64,000 bases of DNA from an uncultured virus (IMG/VR IMGVR_UViG_3300031857_009768) (Duplodnaviria; Heunggongvirae; Uroviricota; Caudoviricetes). Where the stretch lies: IMG/VR virus record IMGVR_UViG_3300031857_009768; one strand, written 5' to 3'. Under the pieces are notes generated by a model. The model was not told the origin of the DNA and did no database searches. It saw only the letters and a list, made by a program, of their open reading frames with translations. Shown here piece after piece: positions 8,391 through 17,928 of this stretch; the first letter of the stretch is position 1; each line of letters begins with the position of its first letter. Made by a program: the position numbers and the translations under genes.

Positions 8391-9587
8391 TTAGTCCTTC
8401 TTAGCCATTTTTGTAGCCGTAGCATACATTACCGATTTAGCACGTTCACCGTAACGCTGTTTGAAACCAGAAAGACCTTTTTTCATACCTTTGACGTATT
8501 CTTCTTTCTTCTTAGATTCACCTTTTGTCAGTTCACGTTCATCAATTTGCTGAAAACTTTCTGGCATTTCTTTTACACCAGTTGTCTTACCAGCAGCAAC
8601 TTTTGGCTGTTTCTTTTTGCCTTCAAAACTTGCTTTTTGATCTTCAAACTCTTTTGTGAACTCATCGTTTGTGGGTTCTTCTGCCAATGATTCTTCTTTA
8701 CGAAGTTTGCTCATTACATCACCGGCCTTCTGTTGCTTTTGTGCTTGATATGCTCTCTCATTTGAGATAACTTTCTTTACCACGCCAGCAGCACCTTTTG
8801 CCACATCCATAATACCTTCTTCAATTTCTGTAGTAACAACACCGTTTATTTTGTCAGCATCAATTACTTGAATTGTATTACCATCAATGTCCATTTCTTC
8901 TGTTTCGATTGGTGCTAACACTTTCAAACCATGCTCATTGTACAGTTCAAGCATTTCTGTGAATGATGCTGACTCATTGACACGTGTTGAACGCTTGTAG
9001 TTTTGACGGGCGCCATAACCACCTTTTTTCTTTGGTGTATCATCTTCATCATCGTCATCTTTGTAGTCACGCTTGTGAACTAGACCTGTTGCTGTTTTTG
9101 TGACTGAACCTGTTGCTGTTTTACCAGCATCCATACGCTTCTTAGCGTCTGCTACAGTTGGAAATGCTTCGTTCAGTTGTTCTTGTTCAGTTGCTTCAAC
9201 TTCTTCATTCTTTTTGCCATAGAAGTTATCTTTGTACATGCGTGATGTTGCCTTACGCAGACCTTTTGTGCGATCTTTTGTCTTGTCGGCAATTGCTTTG
9301 GTTACATATGAACCAAGTGCTTTTCTGCCCGCTGGTGTATCACCAACTTCATCCAATTGCTCAACTTCTTCTTTTACGCCTTTCTTTGCACGGAGTAATT
9401 TGAAGTCGTGTGCATCAACTTTGCCATTTTTGTTGGCATCAATCTTGTGCTGATTACCCTTCAAACCATGGCTTGTCTCTGCCATAATTTTTGCTGCTGC
9501 TTCTGCTACACCTTTCAGTGCTTTGTCATTAAAAATTGACATGTTGTTCTCCTGATTTAGTTTTATTATCTTGTGATTTCTTCCCAA
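8391..9587 (-). CDS. Modular charged putative internal head protein with EF-hand-like loop
   Basis: DANKNGKVDAHD loop; linkers EEVEQLDE, EQLNE, QQIDE; true start may be MSIFND near 9542. Confidence 0.6.
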   Translation of the reverse strand: MGRNHKIIKLNQENNMSIFNDKALKGVAEAAAKIMAETSHGLKGNQHKIDANKNGKVDAHDFKLLRAKKGVKEEVEQLDEVGDTPAGRKALGSYVTKAIADKTKDRTKGLRKATSRMYKDNFYGKKNEEVEATEQEQLNEAFPTVADAKKRMDAGKTATGSVTKTATGLVHKRDYKDDDDEDDTPKKKGGYGARQNYKRSTRVNESASFTEMLELYNEHGLKVLAPIETEEMDIDGNTIQVIDADKINGVVTTEIEEGIMDVAKGAAGVVKKVISNERAYQAQKQQKAGDVMSKLRKEESLAEEPTNDEFTKEFEDQKASFEGKKKQPKVAAGKTTGVKEMPESFQQIDERELTKGESKKKEEYVKGMKKGLSGFKQRYGERAKSVMYATATKMAKKD

Positions 9588-10882
9588 TCCACCGATGCAA
9601 ATATATCAGAACCATTAATTGATGCTGCCGCACACAATGTGATTTCAAAAGGTGTATTGGTTAATCCATTTCTTTCTAGTTGAAATTTGAATAGTGCTTC
9701 TTTAAGAATATCTACTGGTATAGAACTTTGTGTAGTAGAAGTTGTAAAGCCTGATGCTAATATCCTTCCACCTGTAATTGTGGCTGCATCTATTTTATAT
9801 TCTACTGCTGAATTATCTCCTGCGCTTACCCATGTTCCACCTGTTGTTGTACCACCTGCTCTAAGTTGCCAGTTATAGAATGAATTGTTTGTTATGGCTA
9901 ATAAAGATAGTGCAGTAAGAATAACGATTGCATCTAATCTATTTGGTGTTGTTTTCAATCTCAAAGAAATGAGATTATAATATGTTCCAGCAACGGTTAA
10001 ATCAATCGGACTGTCAACTGGTGTCTGAATTGCTTGCTGTGAGCCGTATAATTCATAACCACCTTCCGAAATAACGGTGGAACAGATTTGTTTCAATGTT
10101 GAATTACTTGCTGTAATACCTGTGTTCTTGATTTCATAACGCAACGGTAAAGATGCCGTTGTCATATACGGAACTATGTTTACATTATCATTGTGAAATA
10201 TGTGCGCTGGAATCATTTTACCATCAACAATAAATCCACAACGAACATCACCAACACCTAACCACTCAACATCCATCCAAAGAATATTTGTTTTGCTTAC
10301 ATCAAGACCACCAGAATGATCGGCTCCACCAGATTGTGATGAATATCCTGTGCCATCAAACTTGTCTATATTCCATTCGCTTTGTGAAACTCTTGTTTCT
10401 ACAACGGTACTTGATGTGTTTGTTCTCAACACAAAATAATTTGTTGTGCCATCATTTTCCAAATAAATGCCATTACTATTACCAAAATAACCAACTCTTT
10501 GACGAACATTTGCTTTTGGTGTTTCCATAGCAAAAGTGTTCATTGTTAATAATGATTTACCTGGTTGATAAGAAAACACTTTTACGGTTTCACGAATAAC
10601 TTCAGCATTTGCTGTAGTTTCTACACTCATTTCAATGAGACTTTGATTTGTTACAAAATTATAAGAACTATTTCCTGCGGTGTTTGATGTTGCCCACAAA
10701 CCATTATCTGAAAAACGGTGAGAACTATCAAAAAGAGTGTATGGTTGTGATATACGCAGACGGCCAAACGCATCCGTCAATGTTCCTGACGGAGAAAGAC
10801 GATCAGACATCATATTCACCTCATAACGAGTGAATACTTGTCCTGAATCTATCTTGTGTAGATCGGTTCTAAATTGTGCCAC
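9566..10882 (-). CDS. Beta-rich hypothetical protein, probably structural
   Basis: 438 aa Thr/Ser/Gly/Asn-rich; DAFGRLR, YQPGKS, WLGVGDVRCGF segments; GTG start. Confidence 0.6.
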   Translation of the reverse strand: MAQFRTDLHKIDSGQVFTRYEVNMMSDRLSPSGTLTDAFGRLRISQPYTLFDSSHRFSDNGLWATSNTAGNSSYNFVTNQSLIEMSVETTANAEVIRETVKVFSYQPGKSLLTMNTFAMETPKANVRQRVGYFGNSNGIYLENDGTTNYFVLRTNTSSTVVETRVSQSEWNIDKFDGTGYSSQSGGADHSGGLDVSKTNILWMDVEWLGVGDVRCGFIVDGKMIPAHIFHNDNVNIVPYMTTASLPLRYEIKNTGITASNSTLKQICSTVISEGGYELYGSQQAIQTPVDSPIDLTVAGTYYNLISLRLKTTPNRLDAIVILTALSLLAITNNSFYNWQLRAGGTTTGGTWVSAGDNSAVEYKIDAATITGGRILASGFTTSTTQSSIPVDILKEALFKFQLERNGLTNTPFEITLCAAASINGSDIFASVDWEEITR

Positions 10883-10915
10883 TTAGCAGTTCCATTTCCT
10901 TAGGTCTTTATTAAT
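10883..10915. repeat. 33-bp direct repeat, copy A
   Basis: ttagcagttccatttccttaggtctttattaat; 31/33 identical to 11159-11191. Confidence 0.9.
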
Positions 10916-10931
10916 GCAAATAACAAATATT

Positions 10932-11159
10932 TCATTTTGGCTTTAACTCCGGATATTTTTTATGCATTTCTTCCTTTGATAGTTCATGCATATCTTTCCA
11001 CATTTTTGCTTCTTTTTTAGTTTTTGTGGTTCTAATATGACGGCCATTTTCATCATGCACATTATATTCAACATCGGCTGTTGTTCTGCCACGATAACTT
11101 TCTTTCTTAGTTATTGTTGCTTTCTTTTCTTCAACTATGAAGGACTTAAATGTTTTCAT
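10932..11159 (-). CDS. Small basic protein with capsid-targeting-like N-terminus
   Basis: Start MKTFKSFIVEE (TGATG-coupled to upstream stop), resembling T4 internal protein leader MKTYQEFIAE. Confidence 0.7.
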   Translation of the reverse strand: MKTFKSFIVEEKKATITKKESYRGRTTADVEYNVHDENGRHIRTTKTKKEAKMWKDMHELSKEEMHKKYPELKPK

Positions 11160-11191
11160 CAGCAGTTCCATTTCCTTAGGGCTTTATTAAT
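11159..11191. repeat. 33-bp direct repeat, copy B
   Basis: tcagcagttccatttccttagggctttattaat, encoding INKALRKWNC-stop. Confidence 0.9.
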
Positions 11192-11731
11192 ACGTGAATC
11201 AGGATCACGTGCTGTTTTTGCTGATGTTAGTCTACGCTTCATCCCACCCATTCTGGCGCAAAATGACTTACGACGATTTGCTGCTTTTGAACCAGGTTTC
11301 AGTTTGCTTGGCTTTGTTGTTACAGCCATCGATAATTTTGAACCAGGATTAGCACGACGATATGATTCAATACCTTTCCGATTTAAACCACCCGACTCAG
11401 ACTGACCTTCTTTGCGTGTCCATGCTTCACCTTCTTCCAATTGTTCTAGTTGTTCTCGTGTCAGTGGACCATCATCTTGTTCATAATTTTCTTTCTTCAA
11501 CTTCATCATCTTTGGCTTTGTGAATACAGGATTATCTCCACTTCCAGCAGACGCTTCCGTTTCTTCTTTTACTTTTTTGAGAGGCTTGCCTTCTCTAATT
11601 CTTTTAATGTCATCGTGTACATTTTCTTTCACACAAGAGCCTGGAGTAAATGCTTTTTTACCTGGTACAGGCTTATAACCTGGCCAACAACGACCAGCTT
11701 CATCTAAGAAATCACTGAATCTTTTTTTCAT
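11159..11731 (-). CDS. Basic modular putative internal head protein
   Basis: MKKRFSDFLDE leader; CWPGYK module; C-terminal AWTRKEG..GGLN..RRKSFCARM..ALRKWNC module. Confidence 0.65.
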   Translation of the reverse strand: MKKRFSDFLDEAGRCWPGYKPVPGKKAFTPGSCVKENVHDDIKRIREGKPLKKVKEETEASAGSGDNPVFTKPKMMKLKKENYEQDDGPLTREQLEQLEEGEAWTRKEGQSESGGLNRKGIESYRRANPGSKLSMAVTTKPSKLKPGSKAANRRKSFCARMGGMKRRLTSAKTARDPDSRINKALRKWNC

Positions 11732-14427
11732 ACGAAGTTTCTCTTTTTAAATGTTATAAGTGAGATACCTTTTTTCTTCAATTCATCTTCTTTTTGATCA
11801 CCAATTGATGCCGTCGTTTCATCACCAGTAAGTTCACTAATATTCTTAGGCACAACTTGTGTTGCTTTACCCTTCTTGCTCAACTTTTCACCCATATCTC
11901 TAGCAGGAGATTCACCAGCGCCTGCCATTGAAATGCCTGGTTCTATGCCTTTGTCGATTGACTCTTCGACTTTCTTCTGCCAGTTTTCTTTGATGGTTGA
12001 GAGGGTGATGGTTCTTCTACCTTCACTTCTTCCTTCGGCAACGGGTTTGTCAAGGGCTGGTCGATCTTTTCTTCCAGTACCGGTTCTAACCTTACCAAGT
12101 TCTTTAGCTGTTGGGGTGGAGCTATTTTGTCCATAAATTGCTTCAATCGCAGAATGATCAGGTGAATGTACTTCATGTAAGTCCTCTTTTAGTTTAACAA
12201 CGTATCTCTTACCTACTTTTGCCACTGTGCCATTTTTTTGATGTGCTTCTTTTGCTGCTGAACCACGAATGTAAAACAATCGTGTCTTACCGTTCTTGTC
12301 TGTCAATAACTTTTGTTTCTTTTGGGTTTCTTCAAATTGCTTACCAATCAACTTTGTGCCAGAAACATGTTGAATCATTTTCCATGCTTCTTTGTGATTT
12401 TTGTTCGCAAGATGTTCTTTGAACTTTTTCTTTTGTTCTGGTGTAGCCTTCTGATGAAACTTCATGACTTCCATCATGCCAATGTTGCCTTCGTATGCAG
12501 CTTCACTGATCTTGCCTTTGCCATAGTTTGAGACATTGATTGGCTCACCCTTGCGTTCTGGATTTGGATCATGGCGGCGTTTTGAAGCCACGGCAGCAGC
12601 ACGTTCTTTCTTAGATAGTGATGCTCTCTTTTCGTTTGACATACATTTTGGTTTTGCTTCACCTGGTTCTCTAGCGCAAGGACCAATTGCTTCACCTTTG
12701 CTATTGATACGCTTCCAGCCACCTTCAGGATCAGTTTTACTGAACCACTTACGCAAATCTTCTTTAATCATACCTCTACCTAATGTCAGTAGATTGTAGG
12801 CACCGGCATCAGACATTGTATTTACTTCTTCTTCCTTTGTCATCTCTTCTTCATCTGACTTGAGTAAACGAAGTGTACGTGTAACTTCTTCGACTGTATC
12901 ACCTGTAACTGATACTGTGACTGCTTCATTCATTTTAGCCATTTTGTTTTGATGCGTTTCAACAGTCTTTGCGATCTTTTCTACTGGCACTAAACTACCA
13001 TGTACTGAGCGATGTGTAACTTTACCATCTTTACCATAACGGCCAAAGCCATAATACTCTAAGCCCATCGTATTCATTTGATCGTGTGTACCAGCATCAG
13101 CATGTGGTTTCATATCAGTACGAATCGGTGCTGTGTCTTTCTTGCCCAACTCTGTAGCAATCCAACCTTTTGCCAAATCATTCTTCGGTGGCTTGCCGAC
13201 GAACTTTTGCATGTTTTTAAAAATGCCATCAAGTTCTTTTGTCTTTGCTTCTACAACTTCTGGTGCTGCTGTACGCAAATCTTCTGAATTATCAAACTCA
13301 ACATAGTTGTCACGAAATAGTTTACCAAACATTGGTCGTGCTGCTTGTACAGATTGCCATTTCTCTTTACGAATGTCTTCTGGAACTGTACGACCACCAC
13401 GTTGACCACGTTCAATGTTTCTTTCTTTTGATACTTCGTCTGCTGTATTGACCATGACCATGGATGTTTCATAGCCTAACTTCTCAAGCATCTCTTTGAT
13501 CTTGGCATACTTTTCTGGATCATCACCAGTGCCATTAATGATTAGACCATTACGACCATGTAGTGCTAAACGTTGACGCAACTCTGTAACATTCTTTGCT
13601 CTTTTACGAACAGCATTGCGTTGTCCTTCTTCATTCTCTGGCATCTTCTTATCAAGACCTTCTTTGTCCATCAGATACTCAAGTGCTTTGTCTGAATTGA
13701 TTTCTGTTAGACCATGACCATCTAGTGTCTTGCTTAACACATAGTCTTTGCCTGAACCAGGACCACCACCTAGAAATACTGCTTTGAAAATGCCTTTGTC
13801 GTGTACACCTTCACGAATGATTTCTTCGTGAAGTCTCATACCTTTACGTACATCATTGAACATTTGCTTGACATGAGCATGAGACATTGATGATGGTGCG
13901 CCTTTCTTGAAAGAATCAAGATCGCCACTCTTTGCATGTTCACGCATTTTAGAAGCAGAAATGCCAGTTACACCTTCAGCATCAGGATCACGTTCACCTG
14001 CTGAGTGTACTTTGATTTCTTTGAAATTGAAACGGGCACCTTCATGTGTGCCATTGTACTTGTGTAGCAGTCTATGATATTCTTCTGTGCGGTCAGAACC
14101 ACCAACCATGTGAAGATGTGTTACACCCTTCTTGTGTAATGCTTCGGCATGGTCAAAGAATGTTGGTTTTTCTTTAGATGCTGCTGTGAAATTCGTGCCA
14201 GAAAATGCTCTCTTGGCATGTTTGACTTTTTGATCTGCTGTAAGGGGATTCTTCTTGGCGTCCTGTGAATGTGACAGAACGATATGATGTGAGCCGCCAA
14301 CTTTATCGGCGATCTCTTTGACTTTATTGACTAGTTTTTCGTGACCGTTTGTAATCGGATTCATGCGACCAAATGCTAGGACGGCATGTTTCTCTTTCTG
14401 TTCACGTAGAAAATCTCTAAATTTCAT
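11728..14427 (-). CDS. Multidomain protein: HxGH-type (cytidylyltransferase/NMNAT-like) nucleotidyltransferase, P-loop kinase and small modules
   Basis: FGRMNPITNGHEKL and ISASKMR motifs; Walker A FLGGGPGSGKD; RNIERGQRGGRTVP lid-like motif; MKFRDFLRE leader. Confidence 0.8.
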   Translation of the reverse strand: MKFRDFLREQKEKHAVLAFGRMNPITNGHEKLVNKVKEIADKVGGSHHIVLSHSQDAKKNPLTADQKVKHAKRAFSGTNFTAASKEKPTFFDHAEALHKKGVTHLHMVGGSDRTEEYHRLLHKYNGTHEGARFNFKEIKVHSAGERDPDAEGVTGISASKMREHAKSGDLDSFKKGAPSSMSHAHVKQMFNDVRKGMRLHEEIIREGVHDKGIFKAVFLGGGPGSGKDYVLSKTLDGHGLTEINSDKALEYLMDKEGLDKKMPENEEGQRNAVRKRAKNVTELRQRLALHGRNGLIINGTGDDPEKYAKIKEMLEKLGYETSMVMVNTADEVSKERNIERGQRGGRTVPEDIRKEKWQSVQAARPMFGKLFRDNYVEFDNSEDLRTAAPEVVEAKTKELDGIFKNMQKFVGKPPKNDLAKGWIATELGKKDTAPIRTDMKPHADAGTHDQMNTMGLEYYGFGRYGKDGKVTHRSVHGSLVPVEKIAKTVETHQNKMAKMNEAVTVSVTGDTVEEVTRTLRLLKSDEEEMTKEEEVNTMSDAGAYNLLTLGRGMIKEDLRKWFSKTDPEGGWKRINSKGEAIGPCAREPGEAKPKCMSNEKRASLSKKERAAAVASKRRHDPNPERKGEPINVSNYGKGKISEAAYEGNIGMMEVMKFHQKATPEQKKKFKEHLANKNHKEAWKMIQHVSGTKLIGKQFEETQKKQKLLTDKNGKTRLFYIRGSAAKEAHQKNGTVAKVGKRYVVKLKEDLHEVHSPDHSAIEAIYGQNSSTPTAKELGKVRTGTGRKDRPALDKPVAEGRSEGRRTITLSTIKENWQKKVEESIDKGIEPGISMAGAGESPARDMGEKLSKKGKATQVVPKNISELTGDETTASIGDQKEDELKKKGISLITFKKRNFV

Positions 14428-14469
14428 AATCCCTCTACCTCTGCGGCAGTTGTTTCTGTTATTTAGTAT

Positions 14470-15180
14470 TTAGTAGATTTCGGTGGCTCCTGTGCTGGCC
14501 ATAACACCCTGGCAGTGTATTTTATCAAGTTCTACAAGACGATCTGGTTCAATGTTAAAGAAATGAGCATGTTCGGTGTCAATACCAGCATCTTGAATCA
14601 CACCAATGTTTCTTCTACAGACAATTGAGTAATCATCAATCAGACTCGGACAGAATGAGAATAAACGAGTAATCAACAAGTCGGTAAATGTCTCAGCAAC
14701 TTCACCAGCAAGCCAAGTCGGCATTCTTTTCTTGAACACGTACTTACCAAAGTAATCGTGTTCTGCTACATCAAACTCATCATGAAGTATAGTTCTTGCT
14801 GAAAACTTGTATATCCTACGAACAGAATACATTAGCTTCATCAACTCTGGTGACTGCTTCATCAGCATCATCATTTTCAGCATCAATAGATTTTCTGCTT
14901 CACTCTTGCGACCAGTAGACGCAAACTGAGCAATGTCTTTGTCACCAGAAAAGTCAGCAATCAAATTGACCCATTGACTCATGCTGTCATACTTTTCCCT
15001 TTCTACTTTTTCTGGTGAACCGTCAGCTAGAATAACAACTGCGTCTGGACATTTTTCTCTGAGTGAAATGAGTCCTTCGATTGTTTGTTCTAATCTTTGT
15101 TGACGATTGAGTACACCCATGTTTGGATTGAGTGCTGATGTTACAATGAATAACTGAAGTGATGGAATTATTGGTGCCAT
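14470..15180 (-). CDS. Hypothetical protein, possibly glycosyltransferase-like
   Basis: GT-A-like N-terminal pattern (LFIVTSAL...RLEQT...VILADGS); last gene of the sugar cluster. Confidence 0.4.
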   Translation of the reverse strand: MAPIIPSLQLFIVTSALNPNMGVLNRQQRLEQTIEGLISLREKCPDAVVILADGSPEKVEREKYDSMSQWVNLIADFSGDKDIAQFASTGRKSEAENLLMLKMMMLMKQSPELMKLMYSVRRIYKFSARTILHDEFDVAEHDYFGKYVFKKRMPTWLAGEVAETFTDLLITRLFSFCPSLIDDYSIVCRRNIGVIQDAGIDTEHAHFFNIEPDRLVELDKIHCQGVMASTGATEIY

Positions 15181-15845
15181 TCTACATCCGAAAATAGTTT
15201 GATTGTTTTGTAAGTTGCTTTTGATTTAATGACATGAACAATCGTGTCACTTACTTCTTTTGGTTCTAAAAACTTCTTTCTGGCTGGGTGATCTTTTTGC
15301 ATAGGTGTTTGTATACCACCAGGATGAATGCTTGTGACACGAATCTCATTCATCTGTGTGTGTAATTCTGCACCCAATGCACCAGCAAATGCCGTGATCG
15401 CATGTTTAGATGCTGAGTAAACTGCTTCCCATTCCATCTCCGCAAGACCAGCAACAGAATTGATAAAGAAAATATCGCTGCCTTTGTTCATCAATCTAAG
15501 TGCTTCTTTGGTCACATACATTGTACCTTTGACATTCAAATCAATAATTCTATCTATTGAATCAAATGAAAACTCATCTTTAAACAATCCCCACTGATAT
15601 ACACCAGCATTGTTGACAAGCACATCAATGTATGTGCCAATTGTTTTAAATGCCTCTTCAACTTGTTTTGACTTTGTTATGTCGCATTCAACCCATTCAA
15701 ATGTATCGGGATATGAATACAAGTCCATAGGTGGTTGTGAACGTGATAGACCATAAACAAAATAGCCCTCATCAATTAATCTACCTGCAATATCATAACC
15801 TAGACCATAACTACAACCTGTCACCACAGCCACTTTACGCATCAT
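15168..15845 (-). CDS. Classical short-chain dehydrogenase/reductase
   Basis: VVTGCSYGLG, NNAG, catalytic YSASK, IHPG. Confidence 0.92.
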   Translation of the reverse strand: MMRKVAVVTGCSYGLGYDIAGRLIDEGYFVYGLSRSQPPMDLYSYPDTFEWVECDITKSKQVEEAFKTIGTYIDVLVNNAGVYQWGLFKDEFSFDSIDRIIDLNVKGTMYVTKEALRLMNKGSDIFFINSVAGLAEMEWEAVYSASKHAITAFAGALGAELHTQMNEIRVTSIHPGGIQTPMQKDHPARKKFLEPKEVSDTIVHVIKSKATYKTIKLFSDVEWHQ

Positions 15846-16978
15846 ATCTCCTCAAAAACATCAATCGCCAATTTCATTTCATCTTCAGTAACATCATTTA
15901 CAATCTTGTAGTTACCAATTGAAATAGGCAATGGTGCATACTGATTGCCATTACGATGCTTCGTCGCATCACGCAGACTCTCTAGCAACAACTTCATATT
16001 TGTAAAGTCTTTGTGAAATGTTTTTAGTTTCAATCTCTTCGCAACATCAAAGATTCGTTTGAGTTGAACGGTGTCAATGTAGCCACGAATAAATGAAATA
16101 CATGAACTATACAAACAATCTAATGCTACTGCTTCACCATGTAACAATTCTGGTATGTTGGCCATTTCAATCACAGGACTGAATGTGTGACCAAAATCTA
16201 CGCAACGATCTAATCGTTTTTCCCATAGATTGGGTCCTAGTTCAGCAATCATGTCTGTAATCGCAAGATTGATTACACGAACTGGCACAGCACCATACTG
16301 AAACTTCTCATCAATCAATATCTCTGCGTTCTCTTCTAGCAGATGAAATAGTTCAGGTGATTTGATGACAGCAAGTTTGAATATCTCTGCGATACCATTG
16401 ATAATCTCTCGTTCACTCTGTGTGCGAATAAACTTCTTGTCGATGTATGTCGCCAATGGTGGATAGTATGCGCCAATACGATTGCGTCTACCTAGATGAT
16501 TGACACCAACTTTTGAGCCGACGGATGCGTCAACAATTGCCAAAAGTGTTGTGGGGATTTTGATATATGGAATTCCACGACGGTATATGCTGCAAGCAAA
16601 GCCAACAATGTCAAGCAGGACACCACCGCCAATTGCGATAATCGGTTCACGGCGTAACACTCCATTCTGTTCAAAAAAATCTAAAATACGATCTACATTC
16701 TTCCAATTCTTGTTTTCTTCTTTACAGTCTACACAAAGTATTTTACAACTCATCTTGACTGCACCAAAATATGCTGCGATACTATCTTTGTATAGATCAT
16801 GTACCTCAGAATCAATCACGATAATTCTACGCTCACTGTTCGTGATGTTTACAATATCTTGATTACTTGGACTGAAGATGTCAGCAGAGTATGTAAGTTT
16901 GAATTCTACTGGTAGTTCTGTTTTAACTGACCAAGTTCGTTTGAACTTGTCATAATCCATCATAAAGTCTAAACTCAT
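15842..16978 (-). CDS. Sedoheptulose-7-phosphate cyclase, 2-epi-5-epi-valiolone synthase (EEVS) type
   Basis: DHQS fold (GGGVLLD, PTTLLAIVDASVG, HGEAV) with cyclase motifs NRIGAYYPP and MIAELGPNLWEKRLDRCVDFGHTFSP. Confidence 0.82.
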   Translation of the reverse strand: MSLDFMMDYDKFKRTWSVKTELPVEFKLTYSADIFSPSNQDIVNITNSERRIIVIDSEVHDLYKDSIAAYFGAVKMSCKILCVDCKEENKNWKNVDRILDFFEQNGVLRREPIIAIGGGVLLDIVGFACSIYRRGIPYIKIPTTLLAIVDASVGSKVGVNHLGRRNRIGAYYPPLATYIDKKFIRTQSEREIINGIAEIFKLAVIKSPELFHLLEENAEILIDEKFQYGAVPVRVINLAITDMIAELGPNLWEKRLDRCVDFGHTFSPVIEMANIPELLHGEAVALDCLYSSCISFIRGYIDTVQLKRIFDVAKRLKLKTFHKDFTNMKLLLESLRDATKHRNGNQYAPLPISIGNYKIVNDVTEDEMKLAIDVFEEI

Positions 16979-17928
16979 TTCATCGCCTTACTCATCAATT
17001 TACACGCATGAACATAAAAATATTTTGCTTTATCAGTATCACCAGCAAGCAGTTTAAACGGAAGCATACGAATAAACTGTGATGCTTCTAGTATATCTAT
17101 GAGTTTCATTTTGTCTTCTGGCAACTCAGAGATGAAGTGTTTGTTGAATGTATCAAAGTGATCCGTACCACCATGAGGAATAGACAAGTCAATTCCTTTC
17201 ACATGAACATCATGATCGTTGATGAAACCATAATGACTACGTGAACATTGTAGAACTTGAGCATAATCAAGATACTTGGTGTTCCACATACTTTCATCAT
17301 ACAAGTCAATGAAGACAACACGATCTTCATCAAATGAATACATGATATTTTCTAGTGTTGGATTACCATGTATGTTACACTCATCGTCATTCTCTAATTC
17401 TGAAAAGTATTCTTTAAGACCATATAAGTATCCACCAATTCCTGTTACGACTTCATCATTAAAATTATATGTTCCACGATAAAAGAAATCTTCAAACTCT
17501 TTTATTTTGATAGCATCTTCAATCTTCTGTTGTATCTCTTCAACAAAATAAAGTTTTGGTGCACCAGCAATGGGTTCTTTTCTGATTGAGTGAAGTGTAT
17601 TCAGTCCTTTCCAGACCGCTTGACTCATTCTGAAGATTTGGTCTTCACTTAAAGTATCTTTGCTTAGAATGCTTTTGATGTCACGAAAGCCCTCAAGATA
17701 TTCCAAATCAAACCATGCCTCAACACTAGTAGAATCTACATTCACAACTTTAGGAAACAAACCAGGATATAGTGTATTGTATTCTTGTAATTTCTTTAAC
17801 TGAGAGTACCAACGCATGAAACCATATTCACGATTTTCTATGCGTGAAATTTCTTTACGAACAATTTTCTCATCTGGTAGCCAATAAGTTTTACTTAATG
17901 AACCACCTTTCAATGGTATAGTTGTCAT
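16975..17928 (-). CDS. APH/choline-kinase-fold phosphotransferase
   Basis: KGGSLS loop, VRK, Brenner-like IHGNPTLENI, FID. Confidence 0.7.
   Translation of the reverse strand: MTTIPLKGGSLSKTYWLPDEKIVRKEISRIENREYGFMRWYSQLKKLQEYNTLYPGLFPKVVNVDSTSVEAWFDLEYLEGFRDIKSILSKDTLSEDQIFRMSQAVWKGLNTLHSIRKEPIAGAPKLYFVEEIQQKIEDAIKIKEFEDFFYRGTYNFNDEVVTGIGGYLYGLKEYFSELENDDECNIHGNPTLENIMYSFDEDRVVFIDLYDESMWNTKYLDYAQVLQCSRSHYGFINDHDVHVKGIDLSIPHGGTDHFDTFNKHFISELPEDKMKLIDILEASQFIRMLPFKLLAGDTDKAKYFYVHACKLMSKAMK

Noticed and set aside
7021..9587. CRISPR-like or tandem DNA repeat from recurring gaagaagttgaacaa-type words
   Set aside because: Irregular spacing and synonymous variation; the repeat is at protein level
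15842..16978. Annotation as 3-dehydroquinate synthase AroB
   Set aside because: C-terminal motifs fit sedoheptulose-7-phosphate cyclases and no other shikimate genes are nearby; phylogeny still needed
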